A stretch of DNA of 64,000 nt from Bispira polyomma (lineage: Eukaryota), in assembly GCA_965649765.1 (NCBI GenBank), contig OZ287759.1, positions 12,586,001-12,650,000 of the forward strand, given 5' to 3'. Below the pieces are notes generated by a model. That model was not told the DNA's origin, did not search any database, and was given only the letters and a program-made list of their open reading frames with translations. Shown here one piece after another: positions 1 to 13,384 of the stretch. A program made the position numbers and the translations under genes. The stretch's first letter is position 1. Every line of letters starts with the position of its first letter.

Positions 1-184
1 ATAAGCCAAAGTTGCATTACAACTTTGGTAAAACTTTAAATAACATTGCTCATTATAGATAGATTACAGAACAATATGTTAAATGTTGACCATGTCATTA
101 CTATTGCAGTCGGTAGAAACTTTTCTAAAAATATTACTGTAAAGATCGTCAACATCTGCTGCTTGCATTATAATTGGGATGAAA

Positions 185-494
185 TTAACCCTTTCTGCCT
201 TATAGGTTGTTGGTAAGTAGAAAACAGCTTTTGTTACTCCTAGAACCTATGTCTGTCGGTAGAGCAGTCGACACCACAAAAAATAGTGTTGCATTTTCCT
301 TAAGTTCTGTGCAATAGGAAATTGTTAGCACTGCAGATTTCCCCATTCAAAAATTATTATATGTGAGGCTGTTATTGAATGCCGGAAGTAGTCTGTGGTG
401 TGTGTTTTAGTGACTCCAGCTATATGTAACCTTTTACCGAAACATTTGCTTCAGTTTTCCACAGATAGCTTTCTCTTGGGTTTAAAAGAGTTAT
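185..494 (+). mobile_element. piggyBac-like MITE (TTAA-CCC termini), dispersed family
   Basis: Starts TTAACCCTTT and ends in a degenerate AAAGAGTTAT. Diverged homologous copies at ~4732-5033 (-, ends AGGGTTAA), ~8395-8602 and ~42329-42632 (ends GGTTAA). Confidence 0.6.
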
Positions 495-1296
495 GGTAGC
501 CCTTTAAGGGGCATTTTAGCTCCACCGAGGATATAATGCTTTATCCTGGTTTTGTTAGGTGGTTCGTTTGTTCATTTGTCTGTTTTGTCGCCAGGATTAC
601 ACAAAAAACCAAATTGCTCAACATTTGTGGCAAGATGGGGGTACCCGGTTGAGTATTTGTTGGGGTATCTCCCAACACGGGTCTAAGTGTGTCGCAGTAA
701 TTACCCCGCCCCGCACCACCTATTGTACCCGCAGAAGTTCAACCCTGTCATGGAACGGGTCGGTGGGTGGTTGGTACTCTACAACCCGACCGCCCCCTTG
801 TCAGGCTTCTGCCATTGCCTGTTCACTTAGGCGGACACAATAAAGTATAGGACTTTAGAGTCAAGTAGCTGTCACCAGGTTAAATTATGGTTTAACCAAC
901 CACTAGAAATATCTTCCTTATTACCTGATTTCCGTATTAATTCATACCTGGAGAAGGCCAAACTCATTGCAACCTTATTGGTGGCTATTCCCCCTTTGGT
1001 TCCAGACCAACAGCTGTCCCCAACCACCTGGAAATCCCACCAAACCAGTCCAATTTTAATTTATACCACCTTACATCCCCCAACCTTGGTACTGTCTAAA
1101 TCATACGAAATCAGTATACTAGTTTGGATGTTCAAGTAAATGTGGTAGCGTGACACTTGAACATCCCCTGTTCTTTACACCTGCTGAGCTAAACTGTAGA
1201 GTAGGAAATCATGGGCAAGATGAGACTTTTGCAGCCTAGGCACTGAGATCTCAGCTAAGTTGTAGCATAAAAGAACGGCCACCATATATGGATCTT

Positions 1297-1560
1297 ACCT
1301 CAGAGTGAAACTTAAATTAAAGTAAAGGCCAATCAAGGTCACCTTAAAGTGAAACTTAAACTAAAGTAAAGGCCAATCAAGGTCACCTTAAAGTGAAACT
1401 TAAACTAAAGTAAAGGCCAATCAAGGTCACCTTAAAGTGAAACTTAAACTAAAGTAAAGGCCAATCAAGGTCACCTTAAAGTGAAACTTAAACTAAAGTA
1501 AAGGCCAATCAAGGTCACCTTAAAGTGAAACTTAAACTAAAGTAAAGGCCAATCAAGGTC
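1297..1560. repeat. 44-bp tandem repeat, 6 copies
   Basis: Unit ACCTTAAAGTGAAACTTAAACTAAAGTAAAGGCCAATCAAGGTC ends at 1340, 1384, 1428, 1472, 1516 and 1560. Copies 2-6 are identical. Confidence 0.97.
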
Positions 1561-3113
1561 ACACTACAGAATTGTTTTAAGTCAATATTATATATAACAC
1601 ATGTCAAGTAAAACACAAGATGTAATAATACTAATAATAAAGTTTTATTGATGAAATGGGATCCCCAGTTGGGTGTAACATGGTAAAATGTGTTTAAAAT
1701 AGATGGGTAATTAAGTGTGAATGAAATACCAGTTGACACCAGAGGTATCATGACATATTAATTTTAATGTGAACGACCACCGGTGGACGCAGCCAACATA
1801 CAAACAAACACAGACAAAAACATAACATGGAACCAAATTAAAATCATGAAATTAAAATAATTACACACAATGTTGTATGCAGAAAACAATATACTTTTAA
1901 AGAAAGGGAAGAGAATTTGATATGTACAATAATTTATAACCAAACTTGGTGGAAATATTTAAAACATTTAGAATTTGGAAAGGGGAAAATATCATGATAT
2001 CTTAGGTGACAACCAGACAATCAGGAGAAAAGTTTACATATTTGGAAACACTAATTTATAGAATAATTGTAAGAAACCTTGAAATAATTAAATAGAAAAA
2101 TAGAGATTTATCAGAAACCACACCAAAATAAATCATTTAAGGGTAAATATATTTAGTAAATGCAACCAAAAGTGCCAGAATTTAATATTAAAGGAAATTT
2201 AAGGAATAAAGAAATACAGTGATTAAAGCAAAAGTATAGGATTAATAACAGCAACCACAAATTAATGTGAGTGAGAAAACATTATTTAAAAGCAATTAAA
2301 TAAGGAAATTATATTAAGGTATTACACTTACGTATACATGTAGTTACGATAAAACAGAAAAAAAAGAAAACCATCACCAGAGAGAAGGGCTAACTATAGA
2401 TTGCAGAAATATGTGTCTGGTTATTAATTATCAGAACAATCCCACGGTTGATAATTTAGAATAACAGTCTAGTGAATAAGACAAACAACCAGTGAATTTT
2501 GCAAGGTGATAACCAAATTAGGTAGTAATAAGTTAAACAAATTCCTAAGTTAATTCCTATAATTAATAACGAAACCAGTTAAAATTTATAATAGGTTATA
2601 TATATATATAAATATATATACTTTTATATTAATAATGAGAATAATCAAAGATTATAATTTGTGATAAAACCCTATATTAATTGTAATAATGTGGAGAGAG
2701 AGACAAGCCTGTACTTGGTCTGCCCTGATACCACATAATTAAACTAGTCTTGAAGTGTGATCTATTAAACCACATCCGTAGAGCTTCCTGGTTAAAATTT
2801 ATGGGGGAATATATTTCCATGTAGAAACATTTGTACAGATGACACATATAATCCACAAAATATAATCAACACAAGATTTAAAAGGTACTTACAGTCATGT
2901 GATAATCCAACACAATACTTTTATAAAATTTATAATAACATTAAAATTAAAAGAGTCTCAGAAACTAAATTTGTAGTATTTACCAAATTAACTAATACTG
3001 TAATATCATTATGCACACCAGGGAAAAGAAACCTCACATGTGTTTATCGATTAACATAATTAATATATACAGGTCTACAATATATACAAACTATACCCAG
3101 CCCTACCGTTACC

Positions 3114-3376
3114 GGGGGCCGCGGTGGCCTAGTGGTTAGCAAGCATTGCACTTCACAATCACTGGTCTGTCACCTCTGGGCGGCGTGAATTCAAATCCCG
3201 TCGATGCCTATGTGGGAAAGGTGGTAGTTCCTTACTGTGGACCGCTGGTTTCAGTGCAGAACCTTGACCGACTGTATGCAGTGTTTCCTCCAGCGTTTCC
3301 AACTACCCGTCCCAATATAACCTACTAAAAGGTACTAGAGTGGACGTTAAATATCCAAATTCAAAATTCAAATTCA
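3114..3376 (+). mobile_element. tRNA-derived SINE family A, full length
   Basis: A box TGGCCTAGTGG, B box GAATTCAAATCC, (AAATTC)n tail. Perfect 13-bp TSD CCCTACCGTTACC (3101-3113 / 3377-3389). Three more copies in the window. Confidence 0.93.
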
Positions 3377-5407
3377 CCCTACCGTTACCATAACCATTTC
3401 CCAACCCATAAGAACCAATAACAGGACTAGTGGTAATAATGTCCCTCTGAGTGGTAACAGTGAGGAGATCACAGGAAGCTTCATTATGGCCGAAGCCAAG
3501 ATGAAGCTGGCCGAAATCTACCGGACTGTCCCAACCCAAGGGTTCCCACCGCTAGTACTGTATCCCACTCCGTAGATTTATAAGAGAGAGACCAAGGAAA
3601 TAACTCCATGAAATGAATGATGAATTAATAAATGATGAATAACTATTAAATGGGTGCAGGGTTCCAACCTGGGCAAATTGCAACAAAACCCTCATCGGCG
3701 ATGCTTTTAAGCCAGGGCCACCCTGGGTAAACTATCCGAGCCCCGTGACTGTCTAGGTATATTCCCCAGCCGAACCTCCAATGCACCTATCCCCCGGAAG
3801 TTAGCAACCAACAGGGGTGCAGTCATCTGTTTTATATGAATAATAAAAATACCAAGCCAGCCAATCTGCAGTATGGACATAAGTCCTTCCCCCTGGTCTA
3901 AACAGGGAAACTGACCCGCATAGGAAGACCAATCCTAGCCCTAAGTAATTTATATGAAATATAAAAAAATGTATGAAATCAAACTACAATTTTCAGACAT
4001 AAATGGAAATAGCCAATGGAGGTCAAGATCCCAAATAATGGCCATTACCTGAGAAATATATTCCTCCCCTACCAAATAAAAGTTTAAAATATTAATTTTT
4101 ATAACCCCCAAGTTTACATGATTTTATTATAATAAATTTCGAATAATGATGAGATGATTCCCTCATACCCCACGGCCCCACTATCCCCACCAAACATGAT
4201 AATAACTCGCCTATTAAAACTTTTAAAAAACCATACCTATGAAGTAATGCAGGTCCTTCCTCTCTAAAATCCATCTCTAGATGAAAGGGGGATTGTCATT
4301 CGTCAAGTACCAAAGCTATCTACCCATACTTTCCCACGGATCCCTATGGTTTATTTTAAACTCGTTTGCTCAGTCCGACGCCTCACTGCTATTTTTAGCT
4401 TGTTTACCAAATCTTTGTGACCTAGCGGTGAACCGGAAAACGGGATGGTACTAAAACTCGGAGTGCCGTACATCTCGGGAATCGGAAACCCTGGAATCGT
4501 CACAATTTGATGGATGGGGTTGCACATCAATTAAAGAGGAAACCATAAAATTCTATAATGGCAATACAGTGGTGCCTGTACTGGTGGCCACTCTCACACA
4601 GAGAGACCACTTCTACTTAAAGACCACTTTGAATTTTCCCATAAATTTTTCTTTGTAAATAGGCTCTATAGTAAGACCACCCCCAAGTTGTGACCAGAGG
4701 CTGTCTATATGATTCTAAACAACAGCAGTAAATAACACTTTTGCAACTGGTAGACAGTAACTGCAAGAAACTGACGGAAATATTTTAGATATGTTTCAGA
4801 TGGCTAAAGTTATTAAATCACACGCTACTTCTAGCATTAATTATCAACCTCCTGTATTATTTTTTGAGCAGGAGAATCTGCTGTACTAACAATTTCCTAT
4901 TGAGAGGAACTGCTAAAGGAAAATAAAATAATATTGTAGGGATGTCGACAGCTTGCCGATAGGAAAAGGTCCTGGGCGTAACAATTACTGTCGACTGCTT
5001 GTCGACAGCATAGGGGGTAGTCAATAGGGTTAATCTGTATAGGAGGGACCACTTCAAAATATCACAGGTCATATCACAAGTTTATATCAAAGTTATCCAT
5101 CATTTACATGATTCCTGCTTTCATATAGTATAAGCGGCCAGTTTCCAAACCAACAAGGTTTTACAAAACAAGCTGTTAATGTTATAACTTAACAAGATAA
5201 CAGTGTGGCAACAGCTTACCTAAATATGAGACCGTTTCCAAGCAGTCCTTTGAGCCGTCTTAATATACAAGTTTTACTGTCGTTAAGAAAAAGGTCGATC
5301 CAGGTCGTGTTTTCGCTATTTTGCACTGTGGCAACTTGGTAGAGGTATGCACTCTACTGTATACCCTTATGTAATTGTATGTATGTGGGCTTTGTTTGTT
5401 GTTTTAG

Positions 5408-8400
5408 GGATTTGAACCTAGAGGCACCTGTATTAGAGGCTGGGAGTTTGCCAACACTAAACTGATGGCACAAATATACTCACGAAATTTGTCTTACTTT
5501 CCTGGTGAAAGCCCAGCTACCCGTGGCAATGATAATGTGATTAACCCTTTGGCTGACACAGGTACAAGCATAGGAGATGTATCTTCAACCATGTCCACTG
5601 GAGATACAGAAGGAGATACCACAGAAACCTCAAGTATGTACTGTAGTGTAGATTGGATTTCGTTAACGTGCCTTTAATTGATGGGATGCATCTTCTAAAG
5701 TGCAAGAACAGGATCAATAAACTAGTGGACAAGTCTAAAAAACACATAACCATGGTCGTAAGGAAGGATGTAGGGGTGAGGGTAAATGGGAGGGAACTTA
5801 GGGAGGAGGGGGGTGGCAGGTGATCAAGTGTAAAGAGGTAGGTTTTTAAGTTTTCTCCTAAACACTGAAAGTTTTACTATCTAGTGATCGTAGCTACAAC
5901 TGGGAGATCTCTTCATATTTGTGACATATAGACATTTGTTTAATTATATTCTTGGAGGAGTTAAATGGAATATAGAGTAAGGAATCTAAAATTCACCACT
6001 GTGTCTAACATTCGCCACCCCTCACTTGCACAAAATATGACCCACAGTTCTACCAAAAACACAACATCTTAAAGGTGGTGAATTTCAGCTACAGTTGCAA
6101 ATTTGATATTCCTTACTCTATATTAACATCACTGTTTTTGGTAATTAGTAATACACACACCTATATTTATAATAACAATAATGTATAAACAAGATAATTA
6201 TGGTATACACAAGATTTTTTTTACATTCACTCACCTTCAACTCATATGCTGCAAACCAGGTTTTACTACTATATTTCTTTATACTACAATTTCACAAATA
6301 ATGATTACAAAGTGCCCTGTTCACAAATTGGCACTATTGTAGGCAGTACCAGAGGGTACTAGAAGGTACTGTAAATTGTATTTCTTGTGGGAAGTTATAG
6401 ATAGATTTCCCCATGCTACAAGGTAATTTTCATAACTTCCCTAGCTGCCTCTCCATGAAATAATACAATATTCAATTGAGTGTCTTATCTGATTGTGCAA
6501 GGACAAGGTAATTTACACAAAGATGTCTCTCTCTACCTAGGTGTATAAATAGGTGTATAAATAGCAGGGGAGTAGCCAGGGTTTATCATCTGGTACTCCC
6601 AAATTGAACCAATATATTAGGTTCTTTTTTGTCCTACCAAAAATAATTTAATTCGTGGGGGGGGGGGGGGGGGGAGGGGGGTGTCATTAACATAATATTG
6701 TGGGGGGGGGGGGGGGAGGGGGGTGTCATTAACATAATATTGTGGTTTAATTGGGGAGTACCAAATGAAATTTTATTTAACAACAAGAATCTATGTTACT
6801 AATAAAACAAACAGAATAAAAAGAAATTTAAATTAATTTCTTTTTTTTATTTGTTTTCTCAATTTTTTTTTTTTTATTTATTTATTTTTTTTTTTTCTTT
6901 CTTGTCATTAAATTGGTACGCCTGGGCGTACTGGCGTTAATGGTAGCTACGCCCATGAATAGGTACCTGGCTACTAATGGGTGTTAGTCTTTGTGCGCCG
7001 CATCTGACTGCAAGACTAGTGTATGTTTCCTGAGGGAGCTGAAACTGAAGAGTTGGTTGACAAGTGGAAGAACCCAGGCTGGGGATGTAAACTGTAATGT
7101 CGGCTGAGATCTCAATAGAGGTGATATTAGACCATAAACCTACACACAAATTGTACTTGTTTTTTTATGTTAGTGGGTGCTTTAATATTAGAACATTTCA
7201 GGTAAGGTTTACAGTCACATAACTACAATATACAACTGTATTTTATCTGATCTGATATTGTACGTGTGACACAGTTTTTAAAAAAACAATGTATTTTTAT
7301 TGATGTTATTGTACCATTTTATAGTTCGTGGGTGTCATCCGGAGGAGCTTGAAGGAGTTACATCTCGGGTACTGCCCCCTTCCTTACAAATAGGCAATAA
7401 CCTGCCAGGTAGATGAACTGAAGTTTTGTATTGAATTTTTAGCCTCAACCATAATTTGTGAGCAATTCTGTATTGTATCAAGTGGTCATCTATTGTGCTC
7501 TATTTTTGTGCATAAGAAAAAAATCTAAATTCAGATTACATGTACATATGTTGATTTTCTCTCTGAAAGCTTGTATTAAAATAAATGGCAAGGTTTCTAG
7601 GTTATACCATAACAAGATGATCTACAACAGCACCTCTGTTATCAAAACATGTTGGAAGAGTAAGATGATGTTTAAATAAATTTTAAAACTCGGGTTTTGA
7701 CTCCACAGAATTTATATGTGTGCTTTAAAAAGTGCCAATGTATTGTTTTGGGCTATTTGTTCGGTGCTCCGTAATGCTGAATGAAAATTACTAGTAACGT
7801 GCTGAAGGTTCATATATATGATAGTCTCTGTGGCCTAGTGTTGGACTTTGGATCCTAGAGATCTTAAGAACCCAGGTTCGATCCTCGCTGCAGGCCTGGA
7901 GATTGTAACCTTGGACAAGGTGCCTTACACAAAAGTTGTCCTTCTACCCAGGTGTATAAATGGGTACCTGGCCGCTAATGGGAGTTAATATTTGTGCGCT
8001 GTATGTGTCAGCACGGCTAGTATACTGCATCAGGGAGCTGAGACTGAACAATTTGTTGACAAGTGAAAGAACCTAGGCTGGGCTAATAATAGGTCAAAGC
8101 GCATTTGATAGCAGTTATGTTGAAAATGCGGTATATCAAATAAATGATTATTTTATTAATATTCATTATTAAGCGGGTGTAGATGTGCAATAGTTTAAAG
8201 TTGATTTTATAGAAAGTCAACGGCATCTGTCCAACTCAATTTTTTAAAATATTGCAATATCAGTGATGTGATGTTTAAATATCCATAAAAATACCTTATA
8301 AATCTGTATTTCCGCCCAATTTGATAAATACATGTTTGAGTTCTCTGCAATCATCATCTATATCTTAAGCAGTCAAGACACTAAAAATTTTGTTTGATTT

Positions 8401-11400
8401 TTCTTCGGGTCCTCACAATAGGAAACAGCAGTTAGTACAGCAGACTTTCCCATTTAAAATAAAAATTATATGTGAAGCCGTTATTGAAATGCTGGAATTA
8501 GTGTGGTATGTAATAGTGACTCCAGCTATCTGTAGCTTATTATGCGTAAAAATTCCTTCAGTTCCCGGCGACAATTTTCTCTCTCGGGGTCGAAAGGGGT
8601 TATGTTTTTGTATTGTAAATTGAAAAATTGACAAAGATCGATTCATCAACTAATGTATTGTTGGACTTTTGACCCACTTAGATTACTCAATATAATAGAT
8701 CTTGATCAGTCAGAATGAAATTCCTCCAAAAATATGACACATATACAGTAGAATCTTTATTGTCTAAACATGTGTTGGGAAAAGCAGCTTTTATTTTGAT
8801 TATTTCGATGTATAGAGTCACACAGTACATAGCACACAGCAATTACCAATATGAAGTTATACTTATTGACTGCTCTAACAGGTTCCAATAGAATATTGAA
8901 ACAAGTCCAGATATTAATTTTATCAGCTTTTTAACTGTTATCTTTTTATTGTTGTATTGTAGCCTCCGAAGCCTTGCCAAGACTAGTAGTTCAGCCAAAA
9001 GATGCAAGTCAGTCACTTTGGAGTGCCGAATATATGAAAGCTATCTGTGATATTGAAAATACCTACATTTTGTCGCCACTGGATAGATCGTGCCATGCCC
9101 ATTCCCTGCCGTACTACATAGGCTTGACAAGACACAAATCTTGTGGTGAACTAGTGCAAGAAGATCTGGATGAATTTATGTCTCTGCTAAAGGATTGTTC
9201 TGTGCACTACTTCAGCAATGACCTTGGACCTGCTCAGGTGTCCTCCTGTACAGGGGATGATGATCCCAAAACCTCTCTATGCGCCGGGGCGAATACAACT
9301 ACTCGGATACCTGACAAATGTAGAGACTACAACGCTGTGTATAACACTCTACACTTCCTGTCCGATGTTGACTTCATCGCAAAAAGTAGTAGCCAGGCAC
9401 TGGTGGAGGTTCCAGTGTTGTCCTATACTCAGATCATCTACCGGAGATCTTGGCAGGTCAGTGAAGAGGAGTTGTACGATTACTTCCTGAAGACATGGGT
9501 GGGGAAAACCTTGGAAAATGACCTTGTAGAGGTGAAGGCCATGGATATGAACATGATACAGAGGCAAGTCTCCAGATACTACATCATTAGTGATCTCCCA
9601 CTCTATGGTCTTGGTATGGCTTTAGTCATTGTGGTGCTGTTCCTTTACCTCCGTTCATTCGCCCTGATGCTTGCAGTAGTTCTCAACGTTGACATGTCGC
9701 TAGTCGTCGCTTACTTCCTCTACCATGTGGTGTGCCGGTTCACTTACTTTAGCTTCACCAATCTCTTGGCTGGTCTCTTGCTCATTGCAGTTGGTGCCGA
9801 TGATGTTTTCATCTTCTTCGACATCTGGCATAAAGTCAAGCGTGCTTATCCGGAATCAGATCCGCCGGTACACATAGAGGAAGTGACATGGCATACACTA
9901 CGTCATGCCACACTTTCCATACTGGTAACTAGTCTAACAACAGCGGCCGCACTGTTTGCCAATGGAATCAGTGATATCATCGCTTTGAGATGCTTTGGAA
10001 TATTTGGTGGCATATGTGTCCTTGTGAATCTGTTCTTCATGGTCACCCTCATTCCAGCGATACTAGTTCTTATGGAGAAGGCAGAACGTAAATATCCAAA
10101 GCTCTGCGGTTGCAGCTGGGCCACAAAATGTACAGAGCCATTTGCAAAATTGTCTAATTTTATGTGGAACACAGTAATGCCGAATGTTGTTATCAAAGTG
10201 TGGCCTCTGTGGCTTATTAGCTTGTTGGGTCTTGGAATTTATGGATTTGTAGCTGTTTTTTATCAACCCAAACTAGAGCTTCCTCAAACTGAAACAGTCC
10301 AGCAGTATTATTCAGAACATCCTTTTGAGGTCTACAAATTTCAAATGAGGGATCGATTTAGATTTGAAATTGAAAATACAGAGCAAAGTAGAGTGAAAAT
10401 CAGCTTAAACTTTGTGTTTGGTGTGGAGGGGGAAGACAATGGAAATATATTTGATCCAGATGATCAAGGGGTTTTAATGTTTAATCCATATTTTGAAATT
10501 TCTTCCCAAAGGAGCCAAATCTGGCTGCATAGATTTTGCCGTAACCTGTTAGAAAACGATTTCATCAGCTTTCCAGATCAATACATTTGCTTCAGTGAAT
10601 TATTTAAAAGAATTGCCACCTCTCCATGTTCTTACAACCAGCTCAATATTACAGTAAGTCCTCTATGCTGCAATACAAACTTTCCATTGCCCGAGGAAGA
10701 TGCCAAAATCTGCTTCCATGATATAGATCTGATACACCTGGTGCACTTTCTCTCAGACAATAAATCCTTAATAGGTGCTCCTGTGTATGACATGGATCAA
10801 AGTATGAAGGCCACAGTGTTCACAGTGGAGACGAAACAAAAGTGGAGTGCGCTGTATTCCGTCATGGATCCATTTTACAACCACTTCCATACCTTTATGG
10901 TGGACGAATTAGAAGATGCCCCAGATGGTGTGAAGGGGGGAGGCTTCACTGGCAGCCAAGGACGTGAACTCTACTTCTACGACCTACAGCGCAGCATGGT
11001 GAAAGGCGTGATATCGGGTATAGGCCTGGCTATGGGAATAGCCTTCCTTGTCATGTTAGTGACCTCTATGAATTTCTTCATCACAGTCTACGCCATGCTT
11101 ACCATCATTTTTGTGATCACTGTCACCATTGGTATCCTGGTACATCTGGGGTGGAACTTGGGGGTGTCTGAAGCCCTGGTCATCAATCTCACCGTCGGCC
11201 TGTCCATTGACTTTACCATCCACTTTGGTGTGGCCTATAAAATCAGCATTCACCAAGACAGAAAGTCGCGTGTGAGAGACGCCATCTCCTCGGTTGGATT
11301 TGCCGTCACCATGGCAGCACTGACCACCTTCCTGGCAGGGGCTGCACAGACTGGTGGGCGGCTGTTGTCATTTTACCGCTTTGGTTTGTTCCTTATGCTA

Positions 11401-11571
11401 GACATGGTGGTGAGCTGGGTGTACGCACTGTTCTTCTTTCTGCCGCTCTGTCTGTTCGTTGGTCCAGTGGGAAGAGTCGGCGAACTCGGACAGTTGATAA
11501 TTTGTTGCGGGAAAAACGGAAGAACAAAAGAAAAATATCAATTAGCCGTTATGTCTGATCGTGACAATTAA
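5408..11571 (+). CDS. disp: Dispatched-family RND / sterol-sensing-domain transporter, 5'-incomplete; exons 5408-5633, 7325-7408, 8963-11571
   Basis: Exon at 5408 begins GFEPRGT (Dispatched motif). All junctions are GT-AG and phase-compatible (1/1). The large terminal exon has C-x(3)-NAVY-x(2)-LHFL-x-D-x-DF, TM4 AVGADDVF and TM10 VGLSIDF, and two clusters of TM helices. The middle 84-nt exon is less certain. The first TM exon was not found and is probably upstream of the window. Confidence 0.9.
5971..6122. mobile_element. palindromic MITE
   Basis: TIR TATAGAGTAAGGAAT...ATTCCTTACTCTATA; related copy at ~38023-38249. Confidence 0.65.
6565..6957. mobile_element. non-autonomous DNA transposon nested in a CORE-like SINE
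   Basis: Imperfect TIRs CAGGGGAGTAGC / GCTACGCCCATG; 5-bp TSD AATAG (6560-6564 / 6958-6962). Removing it restores GGTGTATAAATAGGTACCTGG of the host SINE (~6480-7130), matching the copy at 7825. Confidence 0.8.
7825..8155 (+). mobile_element. tRNA-derived SINE family B (CORE-like central domain, LINE-like tail)
   Basis: A box TGGCCTAGTG, B box GGTTCGATCC, CCTTGGACAAGG...CCCAGGTGTATAAATGGGTACC core, AAGCGC...TATAT...(TTA) tail. Confidence 0.8.
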
Positions 11572-13384
11572 CAGTGCAATTAATTCACTCAGTCTCTCAA
11601 AAAGATGATCAATCTTGGAATCAAGACAGCTGTGAGACATTACGCGACATATCGATACTAATTACCTCCACGTCACTGCAAAAACCTCAAGGATAAATGT
11701 AGACTTAAGAAAATTTAAAGAATTGTATTCTAAGAATATTTGTGGATATGGCTCCTGAATATTGACAAAGGGCCTCAGTCTTTATTTTAGTCTCAAGCTC
11801 AACATTTATGTCTAAAATATTTAGGACGGCTGACTGCATGCTAGTTTTGGTGTTGAGTGTAAAGTAAAGGCTAATAAAGATCTGGTGTTACTGTCACTGG
11901 GACTAAGACCAAAATCCTAACCCTTTCTGCCAAAATCAACAAAGAACAAAATCGTACGCTTAAGACATCTTGGTTAGTTAGTATGTACTAGGTTAGTTTG
12001 TATATATAATATACACAGTCAATACACGGTCAAATCTTAGACAGCTCACTGTATTCAAACGTGGCTAAAAGTTAGTTCGGACCTCCTGTACGTGTGCACG
12101 GTTGTGTGAAATATCCCTGGATTAACATATTTGAATAATTTTTTTGGTTGACCAGTCGTAACTGAGGTGACTGTGATGTCATTGTAATGTGATGCAATTG
12201 TGGTTTTGTGTCATCACAGAACAATGGTTGGTCTTATTAGAGAGTTATTGCCATACCATATTGGTGATTGGTCATTATATGGATTTAAACATGGTTTCGC
12301 CGAAGAGGCTCATCAGATGCGTATTACCTAATTTTAACGGGGTTAGGTATAGGCTTACTCTGGTGGAAAATATTCCCTGGATTGGGGAAAATAGTACATT
12401 GTGAATGAGGTTTTGTGTACAATATGGGGTGATTTGTCCCAGTTCCACTTTTAGTGTGTGTCTCTTAGTACCATGGAATTGTATACTAAGGTTAATTGGG
12501 CATTTTGTGGGTGGGTGTCATAGAGTTTAGACGGCTCACTATGTAACAATCCTGTATTATTTTGTGTTAAACATTTTATAAATGGTATTTATAAATGCAG
12601 TTTCTTCTTTCAAATTACTGTGACAATATTGATAATCAACATTTACATGTGCTGCAAATTAATATAAACCATGTTTAAGTGGTTTTACTTTAACAAAATG
12701 ACATTAACTTTTATGAATTTAAACAAAGTCTCTAGAGTAATGTACTTTGTTAAGGGGCGAATATATACCTGGCCCATTTTGCTTCAGAATCATATGACGT
12801 CCGTTTCCGCAGATATACTACATCTGAAAAACGGGAAATTACTTCACCTTCCCGTCCGTCATACCCCAAAAAGTGGTCTTGGACCGATTTTGAACATGTG
12901 GCCCCTGGTTAGGAGGCGATGTCGGCCAGGTGTATCCTAATTCTCTGTTTCTGTAATTTTAATTTTTTCAGATGATGGAAAAGGACCGGCACTTTAAAGT
13001 TGACTCAAGGGGTTAGACTTTGGATATCTTACACAACTCGACAATTTCTTTGGCATTTACTGCCTAAAGGGCTTTACAAACTGCTGACTACATCACACTA
13101 TACACTACACGACACTACAGGGGAGGACAACTCACTGGACGACAGTAATAAACACACCAAAAATGACACCACACTACATAATCTCCACAGCCATGAGGGA
13201 GGGAGGGACAATATAACAATATAAGGGAAGAAATAATCAATATGCCTGGTGACACAATGTTTTACTATAGATTTCTCCAAGGCCAATTGTTGTGTTGTTC
13301 AGTGTAGTGTCATGCTGAATAATCAATATATATTGTCTTCTTTCTATTTTATGGTATTGGTATATAAATTTACCAATACCTGCC

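Larger units (their letters stand above)
626..4504. mobile_element. non-coding LTR-like insertion complex
   Basis: Bounded by TGTGGCAA...TCGTCACA. Internal LTR-like ends: AATAAA followed by GTGTAACA at 1680, and TGTGAACGA at 1768. It appears to split an older repeat (~530-625 continues at ~4505-4552). No clean TSD and no coding remnant recognised. Confidence 0.35.

Noticed and set aside
1297-1560. CRISPR array
   Set aside because: Units are identical head-to-tail with no unique spacers; the context is eukaryotic and there are no cas genes.
8974-8976. TTG start of the 865-aa ORF as the true start codon
   Set aside because: It lies 11 nt inside an exon preceded by a 3' splice site (AG at 8961-8962), and upstream Dispatched exons exist.
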